Of a stretch of DNA of 64,000 bases, positions 22,541 to 36,172 are shown in pieces. The notes beneath the pieces are model-generated. The model was not told where the DNA came from, made no database searches, and worked only from the letters and a program-made list of their open reading frames with translations. This DNA is from Candidatus Latescibacterota bacterium (GTDB taxonomy: Bacteria; Latescibacterota; UBA2968; UBA8231). The stretch is from assembly GCA_965261395.1 (NCBI GenBank), contig OZ253462.1:4736001-4800000 (forward strand), in the 5' to 3' direction. The position numbers were made by a program, and so were the translations under genes. The stretch's first letter is position 1. Each line of letters starts with the position of its first letter.

Positions 22541-25500
22541 CTACTCGCCTAAAATACCCATTTCCGCAGCCGCAACTTCAGGCAATTCGGCTTTGCCATT
22601 GTCTTCTGGCTCCAAGCTCTCATAGGTGATATCTTGGTTGGACTTATCACCCGTACCGGCTGGGATCAAGCGGCCGATGATGACGTTTTCTTTAAGGCCG
22701 CGCAAATGGTCTATCTTGCCTTGCACGGCCGCCTCGGTCAACACGCGCGTCGTCTCTTGAAAGGAAGCGGCAGAGATAAAGCTGTCCGTGCGCAGTGAGG
22801 CGCGGGTAATGCCCAGCAGGATCGGCTGGCAGGTAGCCGGGTCCCCTCCCTCGTAGATGACTTTGTCATTTTCCCTGTTGAAGCGGATCTTATCCACTTC
22901 CTCTCCTTCGAGAAAATTCGTGTCGCCCGGGTCGATGATGCGCACCTTCTGCAGCATCTGCTTGACGATTACCTCAATGTGCTTGTCGTTGATCTCCACA
23001 GCCTGCAGGCGATAGACATCCTGAATCTCGTTGACCAAGTACTCCTGTACCTTATTCACGCCTTGGACCCGCAAAATATCGTGCGGATTGACCGAACCCT
23101 CGGAGAGGCGCTCGCCGGCTTCGACCCGGTCGCCTTCGTGTACGCGCAGATGCTTACCGTAGGGCACCGAGTATTTCTTTTTTTCACCGTCTAGCGGGGT
23201 AACGAACAATTCGCGGTTACCGCGCACTAGGCCGCCAAAACTGACAGTGCCGTCGATTTCCGATATTACCGCAGGTTCCTTGGGCCGGCGTGCCTCGAAG
23301 AGTTCGGCAACGCGCGGCAAGCCGCCGGTGATATCGCGCGTCTTGGAACGCTCACGTGGGATCTTGACCAACACCTGCCCCGGTGCGACTTGATCGCCGT
23401 CTTGGACCAAAAGACGAGCACCGACCGGAATGATATTGGAACGGAGCCCATGTTCCTCGCTCTCGATCTCGATCTGCGGGCTCAGCGAGCGGTCGCGCTG
23501 TTCGACGATGCCGCGGACGCTCATGCCCGTGCTTTCGTCAAACTCCTCGCGCATAGTTACCCCGGCAATGATATCGTTGAACTTAATTTTGCCCGGGCGG
23601 TCGGTGAGGATCACAGTATTGTATGGATCCCATTCGTACAGCACCTGGTCCATCTCGACTTGCTCGCCGTCTTCGACCTTGAGCACCGCGCCGTAAGGGG
23701 CGATTTGTCGCACCCGCACTCGATTCTGTTCGTCGAGCAGCTCGATTTCGCCGTTGCGTCCGATGACCGTGACGCCGGTTGTCGGGTTGTGCACCGTATC
23801 GACGTTGGAAAATTGGACGAGGCCGGCCCGGCGCGCGGTGATCTGCGACTGCTCGGCGATGCGGCTGGCCGTACCGCCGATGTGAAACGTGCGCAACGTT
23901 AGCTGAGTACCTGGCTCGCCAATGCTCTGCGCGGCCACGACCCCAACCGCCTCGCCGACATTGATCTCGCGGCCAGTACCCATGTTGCGCCCGTAGCACT
24001 TGATGCACACACCGCGTTCGGACTCACATGTGAGCACCGAGCGGATGAGCACTTCTTCAATGCCGGCTTGGGCAATGCGATTGGCGTCTTCATCTTCCAA
24101 CAGGACGCCGGTTTGGGCGACCACATTGTCGTCGTCGTCGCGGGCGTCCTCTTGTAATACGCGGCCGACGATGCGGTCGGCCAGCGGCTCGATTACCTCC
24201 TCGCCATCCTTGAGAGCGCTAATATGCAGCCCTTGGCTGGTCATGCAGTCCTCTTCGCTAATCACCACATCTTGGGCCACATCAACCATCCGACGAGTCA
24301 GATATCCGGCTTCGGCCGTCTTTAGAGCCGTATCGGCCAAACCCTTGCGTGCCCCGTGGGTCGAGATGAAGTACTCGAGCACCGACAGCCCCTCTTTGAA
24401 AGAGGCGATAATCGGCGTTTCGATAATTTCGCCGACGGCACCGGTCAGCTTTTTCTGCGGCTTGTTCATTAGGCCACGCATGCCGCCTAGCTGTTTGATC
24501 TGATCCTCACTGCCGCGCGCGCCGGAATCCTTCATAATGTAAACCGAGTTAAATCCCTCTTCGGCTTCCTCGAGCGCGCCCTGCACAGCGCGCGAGACCG
24601 TAGATGTGGTATGCATCCAGATGTCGATGATCTTGTTATAGCGCTCGCCGTCAGTGATGATGCCGTTGGCGTACTGATCGCGGACTTTCTCCACTTCCTT
24701 GAGTGCCCCGTCAATGAGCTTGGTTTTAGTATCGGGTACGACTACGTCATCAACGGCAATGGATACACCAGACAGCGTCGCGTAGTGGTAGCCCATGTTT
24801 TTGAGCTGATCCACGAACTCGGCTGTGCGTCTGTTGCCCAATAGGCGATGCACCTCAGAGGTAATTTTCTTAATATCGCCCTTGTCGACCGTGCGGTTGA
24901 TGAAGCCGATTTCCTCCGGGAGCACCTCGTTGAAGAGCAAGCGACCGACGGTCGTATTCACCATCTCGCCATCGATGCGCACCACAATCGGCTGGTGCAA
25001 GGTAATGCGGCCCGATTCAAAGGCCGCAACCGCCTCGATCTTATTGGCAAAGCTGCGCTCGACTCCACCGGCTTCGCTAAAGCGCACCTTGGTCAGGTAG
25101 TAACTGCCGAGTACGATGTCCTGAGGATTATCCATAATCACCGGCTCGCCATCGGCCGGTTTGAGGATGTTGTTGGTAGAGAGCATTAGGAGCCGCGCCT
25201 CGATCTGGGACTCGAACGAGAGCGGGACATGCACAGCCATCTGGTCGCCGTCGAAGTCGGCGTTAAAGGCGGCGCAGACCAGCGGGTGTAGGCGAATGGC
25301 CTTACCCTCGACGAGAATGGGCTGAAAAGCCTGAATGCCCAACTTGTGCAACGTCGGCGCCCGATTGAGCAATACGCAGTGGTCGCGAATGATCTCCTCG
25401 AGAATGTCCCAGACCTCCGAGCGCTCGCGCTCGACCAACTTCTTGGCGCTTTTGACGGTTTGCACCAGCCCTTTTTCTTCTAATTTTTTGATCACAAAGG

Positions 25501-26629
25501 GCTTAAACAGCTCTAGTGCCATGCCCTTGGGCAGGCCACACTGGTACAATTTGAGTTCTGGACCGACGACGATGACTGAACGGCCCGAATAGTCGACGCG
25601 CTTACCCAGCAAGTTTTGGCGAAAACGGCCCTGCTTACCCTTGAGCAAATCGCTGAGTGACTTGAGCGAGCGATTGCCGTCACCGCGTACAGCCCGCGAG
25701 CGACGCCCGTTGTCGAAGAGGGCGTCAACGGCTTCTTGGAGCATCCTCTTCTCGTTGCGCAGAATGACCTCGGGAGCCTTGATGTTGATTAGCTTCTTCA
25801 AGCGGTTGTTACGGTTAATGACTCGGCGGTAGAGGTCGTTGAGGTCGGAAGTGGCAAAGCGACCGCCCTCTAGGGGCACCAAGGGACGCAGATCCGGCGG
25901 AATGACTGGGATGTTGTCGAGAATCATCCACTCGGGCCGGTTTTCGGACTGGCGGAAGGCCTCGACGACCTTGAGCCGCTTGAGCGCCTCTTGCTTGCGC
26001 TGGATCGAACTCTCCATCCTGACCAAGGTTCGCAATTCGGCCGAGAGCTCTTCGATATCGATCTGCTCTAAGAGTCGCCTGACCGCTGGTGCTCCCATAT
26101 CAACATCGGGATCGCCACCCTCTTCCCCTACCTCAAAGAGCTCCTCCTCAGTCAAAAGCTGCAACTTCTCCACAAGTGCACCCCGCGGATCGATGACGAC
26201 ATAGGACTCGTAATAGAGGATGCGCTCGAGGTTGCGCATCGAGATGTCGAGCAGAGCACCGATGCGCGAAGGCAGCGACTTAAAATACCAAATGTGTGAG
26301 ACTTGGACGGCTAGCTCAATGTGGCCAAGACGCTCACGGCGCACCTTGACCTGCGTGACCTCAACGCCGCAACGGTCGCATACTACGCCGCGATAGCGGA
26401 TGCCCTTGTACTTGCCACAGTGGCAGTTCCAGTCCTTGACCGGACCGAAAATGCGTTCGCAGAACAACCCGTCGCGCTCCGGTTTGAAGGAGCGGTAGTT
26501 GATCGTCTCGGGTTTGGTGACCTCACCTTGAGACCAAGCGCGGATGGTCTCAGGAGAAGCGAGCTGAATGCGAATGGAATCGAAATCAGTCGGTTTGCGC
26601 GATGCATTGGCAATCTGTAACACTGGCAC
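22541..26629 (-). CDS. rpoC: RNA polymerase beta' subunit
   Basis: KPETINYR, Zn finger, [11 protein letters not shown], catalytic [15 protein letters not shown]. Confidence 0.99.
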   Translation of the reverse strand: MPVLQIANASRKPTDFDSIRIQLASPETIRAWSQGEVTKPETINYRSFKPERDGLFCERIFGPVKDWNCHCGKYKGIRYRGVVCDRCGVEVTQVKVRRERLGHIELAVQVSHIWYFKSLPSRIGALLDISMRNLERILYYESYVVIDPRGALVEKLQLLTEEELFEVGEEGGDPDVDMGAPAVRRLLEQIDIEELSAELRTLVRMESSIQRKQEALKRLKVVEAFRQSENRPEWMILDNIPVIPPDLRPLVPLEGGRFATSDLNDLYRRVINRNNRLKKLINIKAPEVILRNEKRMLQEAVDALFDNGRRSRAVRGDGNRSLKSLSDLLKGKQGRFRQNLLGKRVDYSGRSVIVVGPELKLYQCGLPKGMALELFKPFVIKKLEEKGLVQTVKSAKKLVERERSEVWDILEEIIRDHCVLLNRAPTLHKLGIQAFQPILVEGKAIRLHPLVCAAFNADFDGDQMAVHVPLSFESQIEARLLMLSTNNILKPADGEPVIMDNPQDIVLGSYYLTKVRFSEAGGVERSFANKIEAVAAFESGRITLHQPIVVRIDGEMVNTTVGRLLFNEVLPEEIGFINRTVDKGDIKKITSEVHRLLGNRRTAEFVDQLKNMGYHYATLSGVSIAVDDVVVPDTKTKLIDGALKEVEKVRDQYANGIITDGERYNKIIDIWMHTTSTVSRAVQGALEEAEEGFNSVYIMKDSGARGSEDQIKQLGGMRGLMNKPQKKLTGAVGEIIETPIIASFKEGLSVLEYFISTHGARKGLADTALKTAEAGYLTRRMVDVAQDVVISEEDCMTSQGLHISALKDGEEVIEPLADRIVGRVLQEDARDDDDNVVAQTGVLLEDEDANRIAQAGIEEVLIRSVLTCESERGVCIKCYGRNMGTGREINVGEAVGVVAAQSIGEPGTQLTLRTFHIGGTASRIAEQSQITARRAGLVQFSNVDTVHNPTTGVTVIGRNGEIELLDEQNRVRVRQIAPYGAVLKVEDGEQVEMDQVLYEWDPYNTVILTDRPGKIKFNDIIAGVTMREEFDESTGMSVRGIVEQRDRSLSPQIEIESEEHGLRSNIIPVGARLLVQDGDQVAPGQVLVKIPRERSKTRDITGGLPRVAELFEARRPKEPAVISEIDGTVSFGGLVRGNRELFVTPLDGEKKKYSVPYGKHLRVHEGDRVEAGERLSEGSVNPHDILRVQGVNKVQEYLVNEIQDVYRLQAVEINDKHIEVIVKQMLQKVRIIDPGDTNFLEGEEVDKIRFNRENDKVIYEGGDPATCQPILLGITRASLRTDSFISAASFQETTRVLTEAAVQGKIDHLRGLKENVIIGRLIPAGTGDKSNQDITYESLEPEDNGKAELPEVAAAEMGILGE

Positions 26630-26661
26630 CCCCTTTGCGCTTTATGCGAATGCTCTGCGAT

Positions 26662-30441
<3,780 letters not shown>

Positions 30442-30476
30442 AGTCCAACTCCTCAACTGGTGGTTTAAGGCAAATG

Positions 30477-30508
30477 CTCATGGAGCTATCGACCAATAGC
30501 TCCATGAG
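30477..30508 (-). terminator. rplL-rpoB attenuator-like hairpin
   Basis: Perfect 13-bp inverted repeat ctcatggagctat / atagctccatgag with a poor U tract. Confidence 0.55.
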
Positions 30509-30565
30509 TGCGCACTGCAGAAAAGCAGGTACGAATAGATGAACTACTGTGTCCGCAGCAGTTCC

Positions 30566-30967
30566 CTATTGAAGTTCTACCGTGGCTCCGGCGTCCTGCA
30601 ACCGGCTCTGGATTTCTTCAGCTTCTTCCTTGGTCGCTCCTTCCTTGACGGGCTTGGGTGCCTCGTCGACGAGAGCTTTGGCCTCTTTCAGCCCCAAGCT
30701 GGTAATCTCGCGGACGACCTTGATGACTTGAATTTTCTTCTCGCCGACACTAGTGAGCACGACGTCAAAGGAATCCTTCTCCTCAGCGGCCTCTTCGCCG
30801 CCATCGCTGGGCATTGCGCCAGCCATCATCACCGGTGCTGCGGCCGACACACCGAACTTGTCTTCAAGGGCTTTGACCAACTCGGCCAGCTCTAGGACAG
30901 TCAGGCCGCCGATGGTCTCAATGATTTCGCCTACCTTGCTGGTGGTGGCAGTGGTTTCTTCGGTCAT
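30566..30967 (-). CDS. rplL: 50S ribosomal protein L7/L12
   Basis: [32 protein letters not shown]. Confidence 0.98.
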   Translation of the reverse strand: MTEETTATTSKVGEIIETIGGLTVLELAELVKALEDKFGVSAAAPVMMAGAMPSDGGEEAAEEKDSFDVVLTSVGEKKIQVIKVVREITSLGLKEAKALVDEAPKPVKEGATKEEAEEIQSRLQDAGATVELQ

Positions 30968-31032
30968 GGGATACAGCCTCCTGTATATCCTTTGAGTTTG
31001 TTAAAAGATGTTATTAAAGAAACAAATGGGAG

Positions 31033-31566
31033 TCAGGCGTTTTCCCTGCCTTCTCCCCGTTGCTTTTCGATGGCCGACAACGCGCCGACCAAGCCTCTGA
31101 GCAACCCACTCAAGACGCCGCTCAGCCCATAGAGCGGGCTCTGGACGCCGGCAGCTACCTGACCTAGCAATTCTTCCTTAGAGGGCAGCTTGGCCAACGC
31201 CTCGACTTTATCGGTGGCGAGGATCTCGCCTTCCATAAAGCCGGTCCTGATATGAATTTTTCCACCGTCGGCGACGAAGTCTTGCAGAATTTTAGCCGGT
31301 GCGATGGGATCTTCTTTTGAGTAGGCTATGGCCGTAGGCCCGGCGAAATACTCTTTGAGACCGGCGATGCCCGCTTCCTCGGCTGCGCGAATAGCTAGGC
31401 GATTTTTGATCACTTGGTATTGGACGTCGGCATCGCGCAGCTTGTTGCGCAGTTCGGTCACTGCAGCTACGTCAATACCCGTAAAATCGGCCAGATAAAA
31501 GCCCTTAGCCTCGGCCATAATGGCCTTCAATTCTTCTACTTTTGCCTCTTTCTCTACCGTCGCCAT
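31033..31566 (-). CDS. rplJ: 50S ribosomal protein L10
   Basis: ELRNKLR, VIKNRL, GPTAIA, LAKLPSKEEL. Confidence 0.96.
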   Translation of the reverse strand: MATVEKEAKVEELKAIMAEAKGFYLADFTGIDVAAVTELRNKLRDADVQYQVIKNRLAIRAAEEAGIAGLKEYFAGPTAIAYSKEDPIAPAKILQDFVADGGKIHIRTGFMEGEILATDKVEALAKLPSKEELLGQVAAGVQSPLYGLSGVLSGLLRGLVGALSAIEKQRGEGRENA

Positions 31567-31581
31567 AGTACAGAGCTTCCT

Positions 31582-32280
31582 TTACGCAGCGAACTGGGCG
31601 CGGTCAATCTTTATGCCCGGCCCGATTGCCGACGAGAGGACTAACTTGCGGATGTACTGCCCTTTCGACGCGGCCGGCTTGGCGCGCAAAATGGCATCCG
31701 TAAACGCTTGGGCGTTTTCGATAAGTGCCTGATCGGCAAAGGACAGCTTGCCGATAGGGCCTTGGGCATTGTTGCCGGACTTGCTGTCGGCGCGGTATTC
31801 TATGCGGCCGGCCTTGGCCTCGCGGACGGCCTGGGCTACTTCGCGCGTCACCGTACCGGTCTTGGGATTGGGCATCAAGCCCCGAGGTCCTAAGATCCTC
31901 CCCAGCTTACCTACCTGCCCCATCATATCTGGAGAGGCGATGACTATGTCGAAATTGAGCCAACCGCCCTGGATTTTCTCGGCCATATCGGCCCCGCCGA
32001 CGAAATCGGCCCCAGCGTCTTGGGCCTCTTGCACTAGCGGTCCTTGGGTAATGACTAAGACCTGGAGTTCCTTCCCGGTGCCGTGAGGCAACATCACCGT
32101 GCCGCGCAGCGCTTGGTCGGCCTGTCGGCCATCGATCCCTAGATTGCAAGAAAGCTCGATGGTCGGGTCGTAATTACACGTTGGGAATCCCCGGAGAATA
32201 TTGATACCCTCTTCCCACGAATAGGCCCTGTCGCGGTCGAAAGACGCCAAGGCGTTCCTGTATTTTTTTCCTCTGGCCAT
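31582..32280 (-). CDS. rplA: 50S ribosomal protein L1
   Basis: LPHGTGK, LGRILGPRGLMPNPKTGTV. Confidence 0.97.
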   Translation of the reverse strand: MARGKKYRNALASFDRDRAYSWEEGINILRGFPTCNYDPTIELSCNLGIDGRQADQALRGTVMLPHGTGKELQVLVITQGPLVQEAQDAGADFVGGADMAEKIQGGWLNFDIVIASPDMMGQVGKLGRILGPRGLMPNPKTGTVTREVAQAVREAKAGRIEYRADSKSGNNAQGPIGKLSFADQALIENAQAFTDAILRAKPAASKGQYIRKLVLSSAIGPGIKIDRAQFAA

Positions 32281-32317
32281 ATCTTAAACCTCTTATGAGG
32301 GTTGCGATGCGAAGCAA

Positions 32318-32740
32318 CTACTCGATCAGGAGCCCCATGCTACGGGCCGTCCCCGCGATCATCGACATCGCGGCTTCCATTGAGGCAGCGTTCAAATCAG
32401 GCATTTTCAATTCGGCGATTTCGCGCACTTGGTCCGAAGATACAACGCCGATGTGGTCCCTGTTGGGCACGCCCGACCCCTTGGGTTTCCCTGCAGCCCT
32501 CAAAAGCAGCACCGCAGCCGGCGGCGTCTTGGTGATAAACGAAAACGTGCGATCGGCGTACACTGTAATGATTACGGGAATGATCAACCCCTGCTGGTCT
32601 TGGGTCTGGGCATTGAAGGTCTTGCAGAATTCCATGATATTGACGCCGTGTTGACCCAACGCCGGCCCAACGGGCGGCGTCGGATTCGCCTGACCGGCCG
32701 GAACCTGCAGTTTTATTTGGGCTATTTCCTTTTTAGCCAT
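32318..32740 (-). CDS. rplK: 50S ribosomal protein L11
   Basis: [28 protein letters not shown]. Confidence 0.98.
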   Translation of the reverse strand: MAKKEIAQIKLQVPAGQANPTPPVGPALGQHGVNIMEFCKTFNAQTQDQQGLIIPVIITVYADRTFSFITKTPPAAVLLLRAAGKPKGSGVPNRDHIGVVSSDQVREIAELKMPDLNAASMEAAMSMIAGTARSMGLLIE

Positions 32741-32762
32741 TTATTTTTTATCCCTCTGAAAA

Positions 32763-33308
32763 TCAGCCGACCGTCTCTTGGACCGGCTCGACCTGCAACA
32801 CGTCCAATTCCACCGATGTACCACGTCCAAAAATGCTCACCATGATTTTCAACCGGCGCTTCTCCGGCAGCACCTCCTGCACGGTGCCGATAAAATCCTT
32901 GAACGCGCCGTCGTTGACCTTGACCTGATCGTCAACGGCAAAGGGAATCTCCTCGACCTCTTGGTCTTTGCGGCGATCGACATGCCCCAAGATGCGGTCG
33001 ATTTCCTCTTGCCGCAGCGGTTGCGGCTTGCGCGCTGGGCCGACGAAGTTGGTCACCCCGGGAATGTTGGTCACCTGGTACCAAGCGTCCTTGGACATTT
33101 CCATTTCCACTAGCACATAACTAGGCAAAAACCGCTTCCTAGTCTTGGTCTTCTTGCCGGCGCGGAGTTCAACCACTTCCTCGGTCGGCACAACAACCTG
33201 AGCAATTGCACCGTTGGCAGCCTCCGACTCAATCAGCGACTCCAAGTAGGTCTTTACTTTATTTTCGTGCCCCGAATACGTATGCAGAGCGTACCAGCGC
33301 TGTGCCAT
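32763..33308 (-). CDS. nusG: Transcription factor NusG
   Basis: WYALHTYSGHENKV, PGVTNFVG, KOW domain, VSIFGR. Confidence 0.97.
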   Translation of the reverse strand: MAQRWYALHTYSGHENKVKTYLESLIESEAANGAIAQVVVPTEEVVELRAGKKTKTRKRFLPSYVLVEMEMSKDAWYQVTNIPGVTNFVGPARKPQPLRQEEIDRILGHVDRRKDQEVEEIPFAVDDQVKVNDGAFKDFIGTVQEVLPEKRRLKIMVSIFGRGTSVELDVLQVEPVQETVG

Positions 33309-33353
33309 GGCCTCAATCCGGTGTTAGCTCCCGTTTGCCGGGCGTAAACAAGG

Positions 33354-33384
33354 AAAAGAAGCGGTGCATGCGATGCGCCGCTTC
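33354..33384 (-). terminator. Terminator-like hairpin between secE and nusG
   Basis: Minus-strand RNA GAAGCGGCGCAU-CGC-AUGCACCGCUUC (one mismatch) followed by UUUUCCUUGUUU. Confidence 0.55.
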
Positions 33385-33407
33385 CCTTAGATAGGCCCTA
33401 GCGGGAA

Positions 33408-33596
33408 TTACTGCCCTAGAAGTATCCCCCAAACAAAGGAGATAATCAGGTCGAACATGCCGATAAAAACCGCAAAGACCGCCGAAAAGACTAATACTAC
33501 TCCGGTGGAACTGACCAAATCCTCGCGAGTGGGCCAGCTCACTTTGGAGAATTCGGTCCGCACATCTTTGACGAAATTAGTAAGTTTATTCCACAT
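33408..33596 (-). CDS. secE: Preprotein translocase SecE
   Basis: EFSKVSWPTRE followed by one TM helix; start corrected to MWNKL. Confidence 0.95.
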   Translation of the reverse strand: MWNKLTNFVKDVRTEFSKVSWPTREDLVSSTGVVLVFSAVFAVFIGMFDLIISFVWGILLGQ

Positions 33597-33619
33597 CCCG
33601 TTCCCTAAATACAGAAGCC

Positions 33620-33695
33620 TGGCAGGGCAGACAGGACTTGAACCTGCAACCGCCGGTTTTGGAGACCGGAGCTCTACCAATTGAGCTACTGCCCT
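33620..33695 (-). tRNA. tRNA-Trp(CCA)
   Basis: AGGGCAGTAGCTCAATTGG...CTCCAAA...GGTTCAAGTCC...CCA cloverleaf, 76 nt. Confidence 0.97.
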
Positions 33696-33699
33696 ATGC

Positions 33700-33852
33700 C
33701 TAGCGGGCTTCCTTGTGGGCCGTGTGCTTGTGGCAAAAGCGGCAATATTTTTTGTACTCCACGCGGCTTGGCTGGCTTCGTCTATTTTTAGTTGTAGTGT
33801 AATTTTGCTGGCTGCATACTTCACATTCCAGCGTTATTTGATCTCTTGGCAT
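33700..33852 (-). CDS. rpmG: 50S ribosomal protein L33 (Zn type)
   Basis: Hand translation [50 protein letters not shown]. Confidence 0.96.
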   Translation of the reverse strand: MPRDQITLECEVCSQQNYTTTKNRRSQPSRVEYKKYCRFCHKHTAHKEAR

Positions 33853-33890
33853 CAGAATTTGTCGTGTTTAGATAGAAGCACTTAGGAAAG

Positions 33891-33966
<76 letters not shown>

Positions 33967-33985
33967 TGCTATTGTTTTGGCGATC

Positions 33986-34062
33986 TGGAGCGGGAAACGG
34001 GACTCGAACCCGCGACCCCGAGCTTGGAAGGCTCGCGCTCTAGCCAACTGAGCTATTCCCGC
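33986..34062 (-). tRNA. tRNA-Gly(TCC)
   Basis: GCGGGAATAGCTCAGTTGG...TTCCAA...GGTTCGAGTCC...CCA, 77 nt. Confidence 0.97.
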
Positions 34063-34101
34063 TCGAGCTGGATCAGTGCCCGTTTAATTTACAGAAGGCA
34101 T

Positions 34102-34130
34102 AATGTACAATAGTTTTTTTAATATGTCAA
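34102..34130 (-). promoter_or_regulatory. Sigma70-type promoter heading the tRNA/ribosomal super-cluster
   Basis: TTGACA-17 nt-TACATT, about 40 nt upstream of tRNA-Gly. Confidence 0.75.
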
Positions 34131-34139
34131 GAAGACTCG

Positions 34140-34214
34140 GCGCGGATCCAAAACGCGAAACTCCCGGAAAGACGCGAGCCTTTCCGGGAGTCGCCAAGTA
34201 AACTGGATCCGCGC
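34140..34214 (-). terminator. greA terminator nested in a longer inverted repeat
   Basis: Inner 12-bp stem actcccggaaag / ctttccgggagt (34160-34191); outer 11-bp arms gcgcggatcca / tggatccgcgc. Confidence 0.65.
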
Positions 34215-34216
34215 GT

Positions 34217-34687
34217 TCAGCGCGTGATCTTGACAATCCTGTAGTGCAGCTTGCCAACGGGCACTTGAATCTCGATTTCTTCCCCTTCTTCATGCCCGAG
34301 CAACCCCCTGCCTATCGGCGAAACCGTGGATATTTTCCCCGCTTCAAAATCCGCTTCCTCGGGCGCGACGAGCGTGTAGGTGAGCTGCCGCGCTTTCGCG
34401 AGGTCCTCTAGCTCTACGGTGGCACCGATGTAGACCTTGTCTTCTGGGATCGCCTCGTTTTCTAGCAGGCGGGCCCGGCTGAGTGTCTCTTCGAGCTTGC
34501 TGATGCGCTGTTCTAGGAAGAGCAACCTTTCTTTGGCCGCCGAATACTCGGCGTTCTCGGACAAGTCGCCAAACTCCCGCGCTCGCTGCAGCGCCTGGCG
34601 CACGGCCGGGCGTTCGGTCTCCTTGAGTCCCTTCAACTCGCCCTGAAGTTTTTCGTAGCCTTCTCGCGAAAGATATACTTCACTCAT
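34217..34687 (-). CDS. greA: Transcription elongation factor GreA
   Basis: AREFGDLSENAEY, ISTVSPIGRGLLG; start corrected to MSEV. Confidence 0.96.
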   Translation of the reverse strand: MSEVYLSREGYEKLQGELKGLKETERPAVRQALQRAREFGDLSENAEYSAAKERLLFLEQRISKLEETLSRARLLENEAIPEDKVYIGATVELEDLAKARQLTYTLVAPEEADFEAGKISTVSPIGRGLLGHEEGEEIEIQVPVGKLHYRIVKITR

Positions 34688-34728
34688 ACCAAGCCTATAG
34701 CAGGAGAACAACATGCGCTATTCAATAC

Positions 34729-34758
34729 AAAAAGCGGAAGCGCGCTACCGCTTCCGCT
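34729..34758 (-). terminator. Intrinsic terminator in the greA leader
   Basis: GCGGAAGCG-GUAGCG-CGCUUCCGC followed by UUUUUGUAUU. Confidence 0.75.
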
Positions 34759-34771
34759 GCTCAAGTAAATT

Positions 34772-34800
34772 AATGTACTAAAAACGGTGCCCAGGTGCAA
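34772..34800 (-). promoter_or_regulatory. greA promoter
   Basis: TTGCAC-17 nt-TACATT (same -10 hexamer as the tRNA promoter). Confidence 0.65.
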
Positions 34801-34809
34801 GTAAGGGAC

Positions 34810-34849
34810 TTGCCCAAGTTCGCCGCTCTCCTTTTAATAAATTTATAAT
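34810..34849 (+). promoter_or_regulatory. Candidate sbcD promoter
   Basis: TTGCCC-17 nt-TTTAAT, with a perfect TATAAT at 34844-34849. Confidence 0.45.
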
Positions 34850-34903
34850 CCGATAACCCGAAACCCGAGCCATCCCTTCCCCAACAACGCACTCGCGCGT
34901 CTC

Positions 34904-36172
34904 ATGACCTTGACACTCCTGCACTTTGCCGATCTGCATCTAGGCGTCGAAAACCACGGCAGCCTGGACCCCAGCACCGGCCTGCATTCGCGGGTTCAAG
35001 ATTTTGCTGCCAGCCTAGAAGCGGTCTTCGACCTAGCCATTGAAAAGGCGGTCGATTTGGTCCTCTTCGCTGGCGACATGTACAAGAATTGCGATCCGAC
35101 CCCTACCCATCAGCGCGTCTTTGCCCGCCAACTCCAGCGCCTGCAAGCGGCCCGCATCCCCATCGTGCTGGTGGTGGGCAACCACGACGCGCCGGGGGCT
35201 TTCGGCAAAGCCACTTCGGTCGATATTTTCAGCACCCTACAGCTAGAGGGCATCCATGTCATCCGCCGCCCCGAGCTTCTGCGGATCGAAACAGCCAATG
35301 GCCCGGTGCAACTGGCCGGTCTGCCTTGGCCGACGCGCCATACCTTACTCACCCGCGACGAATACCGCGACCTGTCTATAGAGGAAATCCGCGTCGAGAT
35401 CCAAAAGATCTACGCGGCCCAGATCGACGAGTACGCCCGGCAGTTCGACCCAAAGCTGCCGGGCGTACTCATCGCCCACCTCGCCGCTGCCGATGCCGTC
35501 TATTCTGGGGGCGAGCGCACCGCCATCATCGGCCAAGACCCCGTTTTGCTCACCAGCACCCTTGCCAATCCCGCCTACGACTACGTCGCCTTGGGGCACA
35601 TTCACAAATATCAAGACCTCAACCCCGGCCAACATCCACCCGTGATCTATTCGGGCAGCCTAGAGCGTATTGACTTCGGCGAGGAAGGCGAAGACAAGGG
35701 CTTCTGCCTCGTACGCATCGAAGAGGACACAACCGCGCCGAGGGGCCGAGCAACTACTTTTGAGTTCGTCCCCGTCCCGTCCCGGCGCTTTGCGACCATC
35801 AAGCTAAAGGTGCTCGACGGCCAAGACGCCACCGAGCGCATCGTCGCGGCCTGCGCTAAGGCCGATCTGGCAGACGCCGTAGTCCGCGTCCTCTACGACC
35901 TGCCCGCAGGCTACACCACACCGGTGGACTTACAACAGGTGCGGCAGGCACTCGAACCGGCCTTCCACGTCGCCTCCATCCAGCCGCGCTTTGCCCCGGA
36001 AGTGATCCAACGCCGCGCCGAAATCAGCGAGGAGGCCGAGCTAGGCGATGCCCTCGACCGCTACATCGACAACAGCCCAGACCTGCAAGTACACCGTTCC
36101 GAGCTCAAAAACTACGCGCTCCACCTAGAGCGCGAGCTCGAATCCGGTCAACGCGACGAAGACGACGGATGA
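34904..36172 (+). CDS. sbcD: SbcD/Mre11 nuclease
   Basis: ADLHLG, AGDMY, GNHD, LGHIH, YSGSLERIDFGE. Confidence 0.93.
   Translation: MTLTLLHFADLHLGVENHGSLDPSTGLHSRVQDFAASLEAVFDLAIEKAVDLVLFAGDMYKNCDPTPTHQRVFARQLQRLQAARIPIVLVVGNHDAPGAFGKATSVDIFSTLQLEGIHVIRRPELLRIETANGPVQLAGLPWPTRHTLLTRDEYRDLSIEEIRVEIQKIYAAQIDEYARQFDPKLPGVLIAHLAAADAVYSGGERTAIIGQDPVLLTSTLANPAYDYVALGHIHKYQDLNPGQHPPVIYSGSLERIDFGEEGEDKGFCLVRIEEDTTAPRGRATTFEFVPVPSRRFATIKLKVLDGQDATERIVAACAKADLADAVVRVLYDLPAGYTTPVDLQQVRQALEPAFHVASIQPRFAPEVIQRRAEISEEAELGDALDRYIDNSPDLQVHRSELKNYALHLERELESGQRDEDDG

Noticed and set aside
33408-33824. 138-aa ORF suggesting a long SecE
   Set aside because: The extension runs through tRNA-Trp and rpmG; the true start is 33596
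34801-34903. SOS box upstream of sbcD
   Set aside because: No convincing palindrome, and the LexA motif of this lineage is unknown to me
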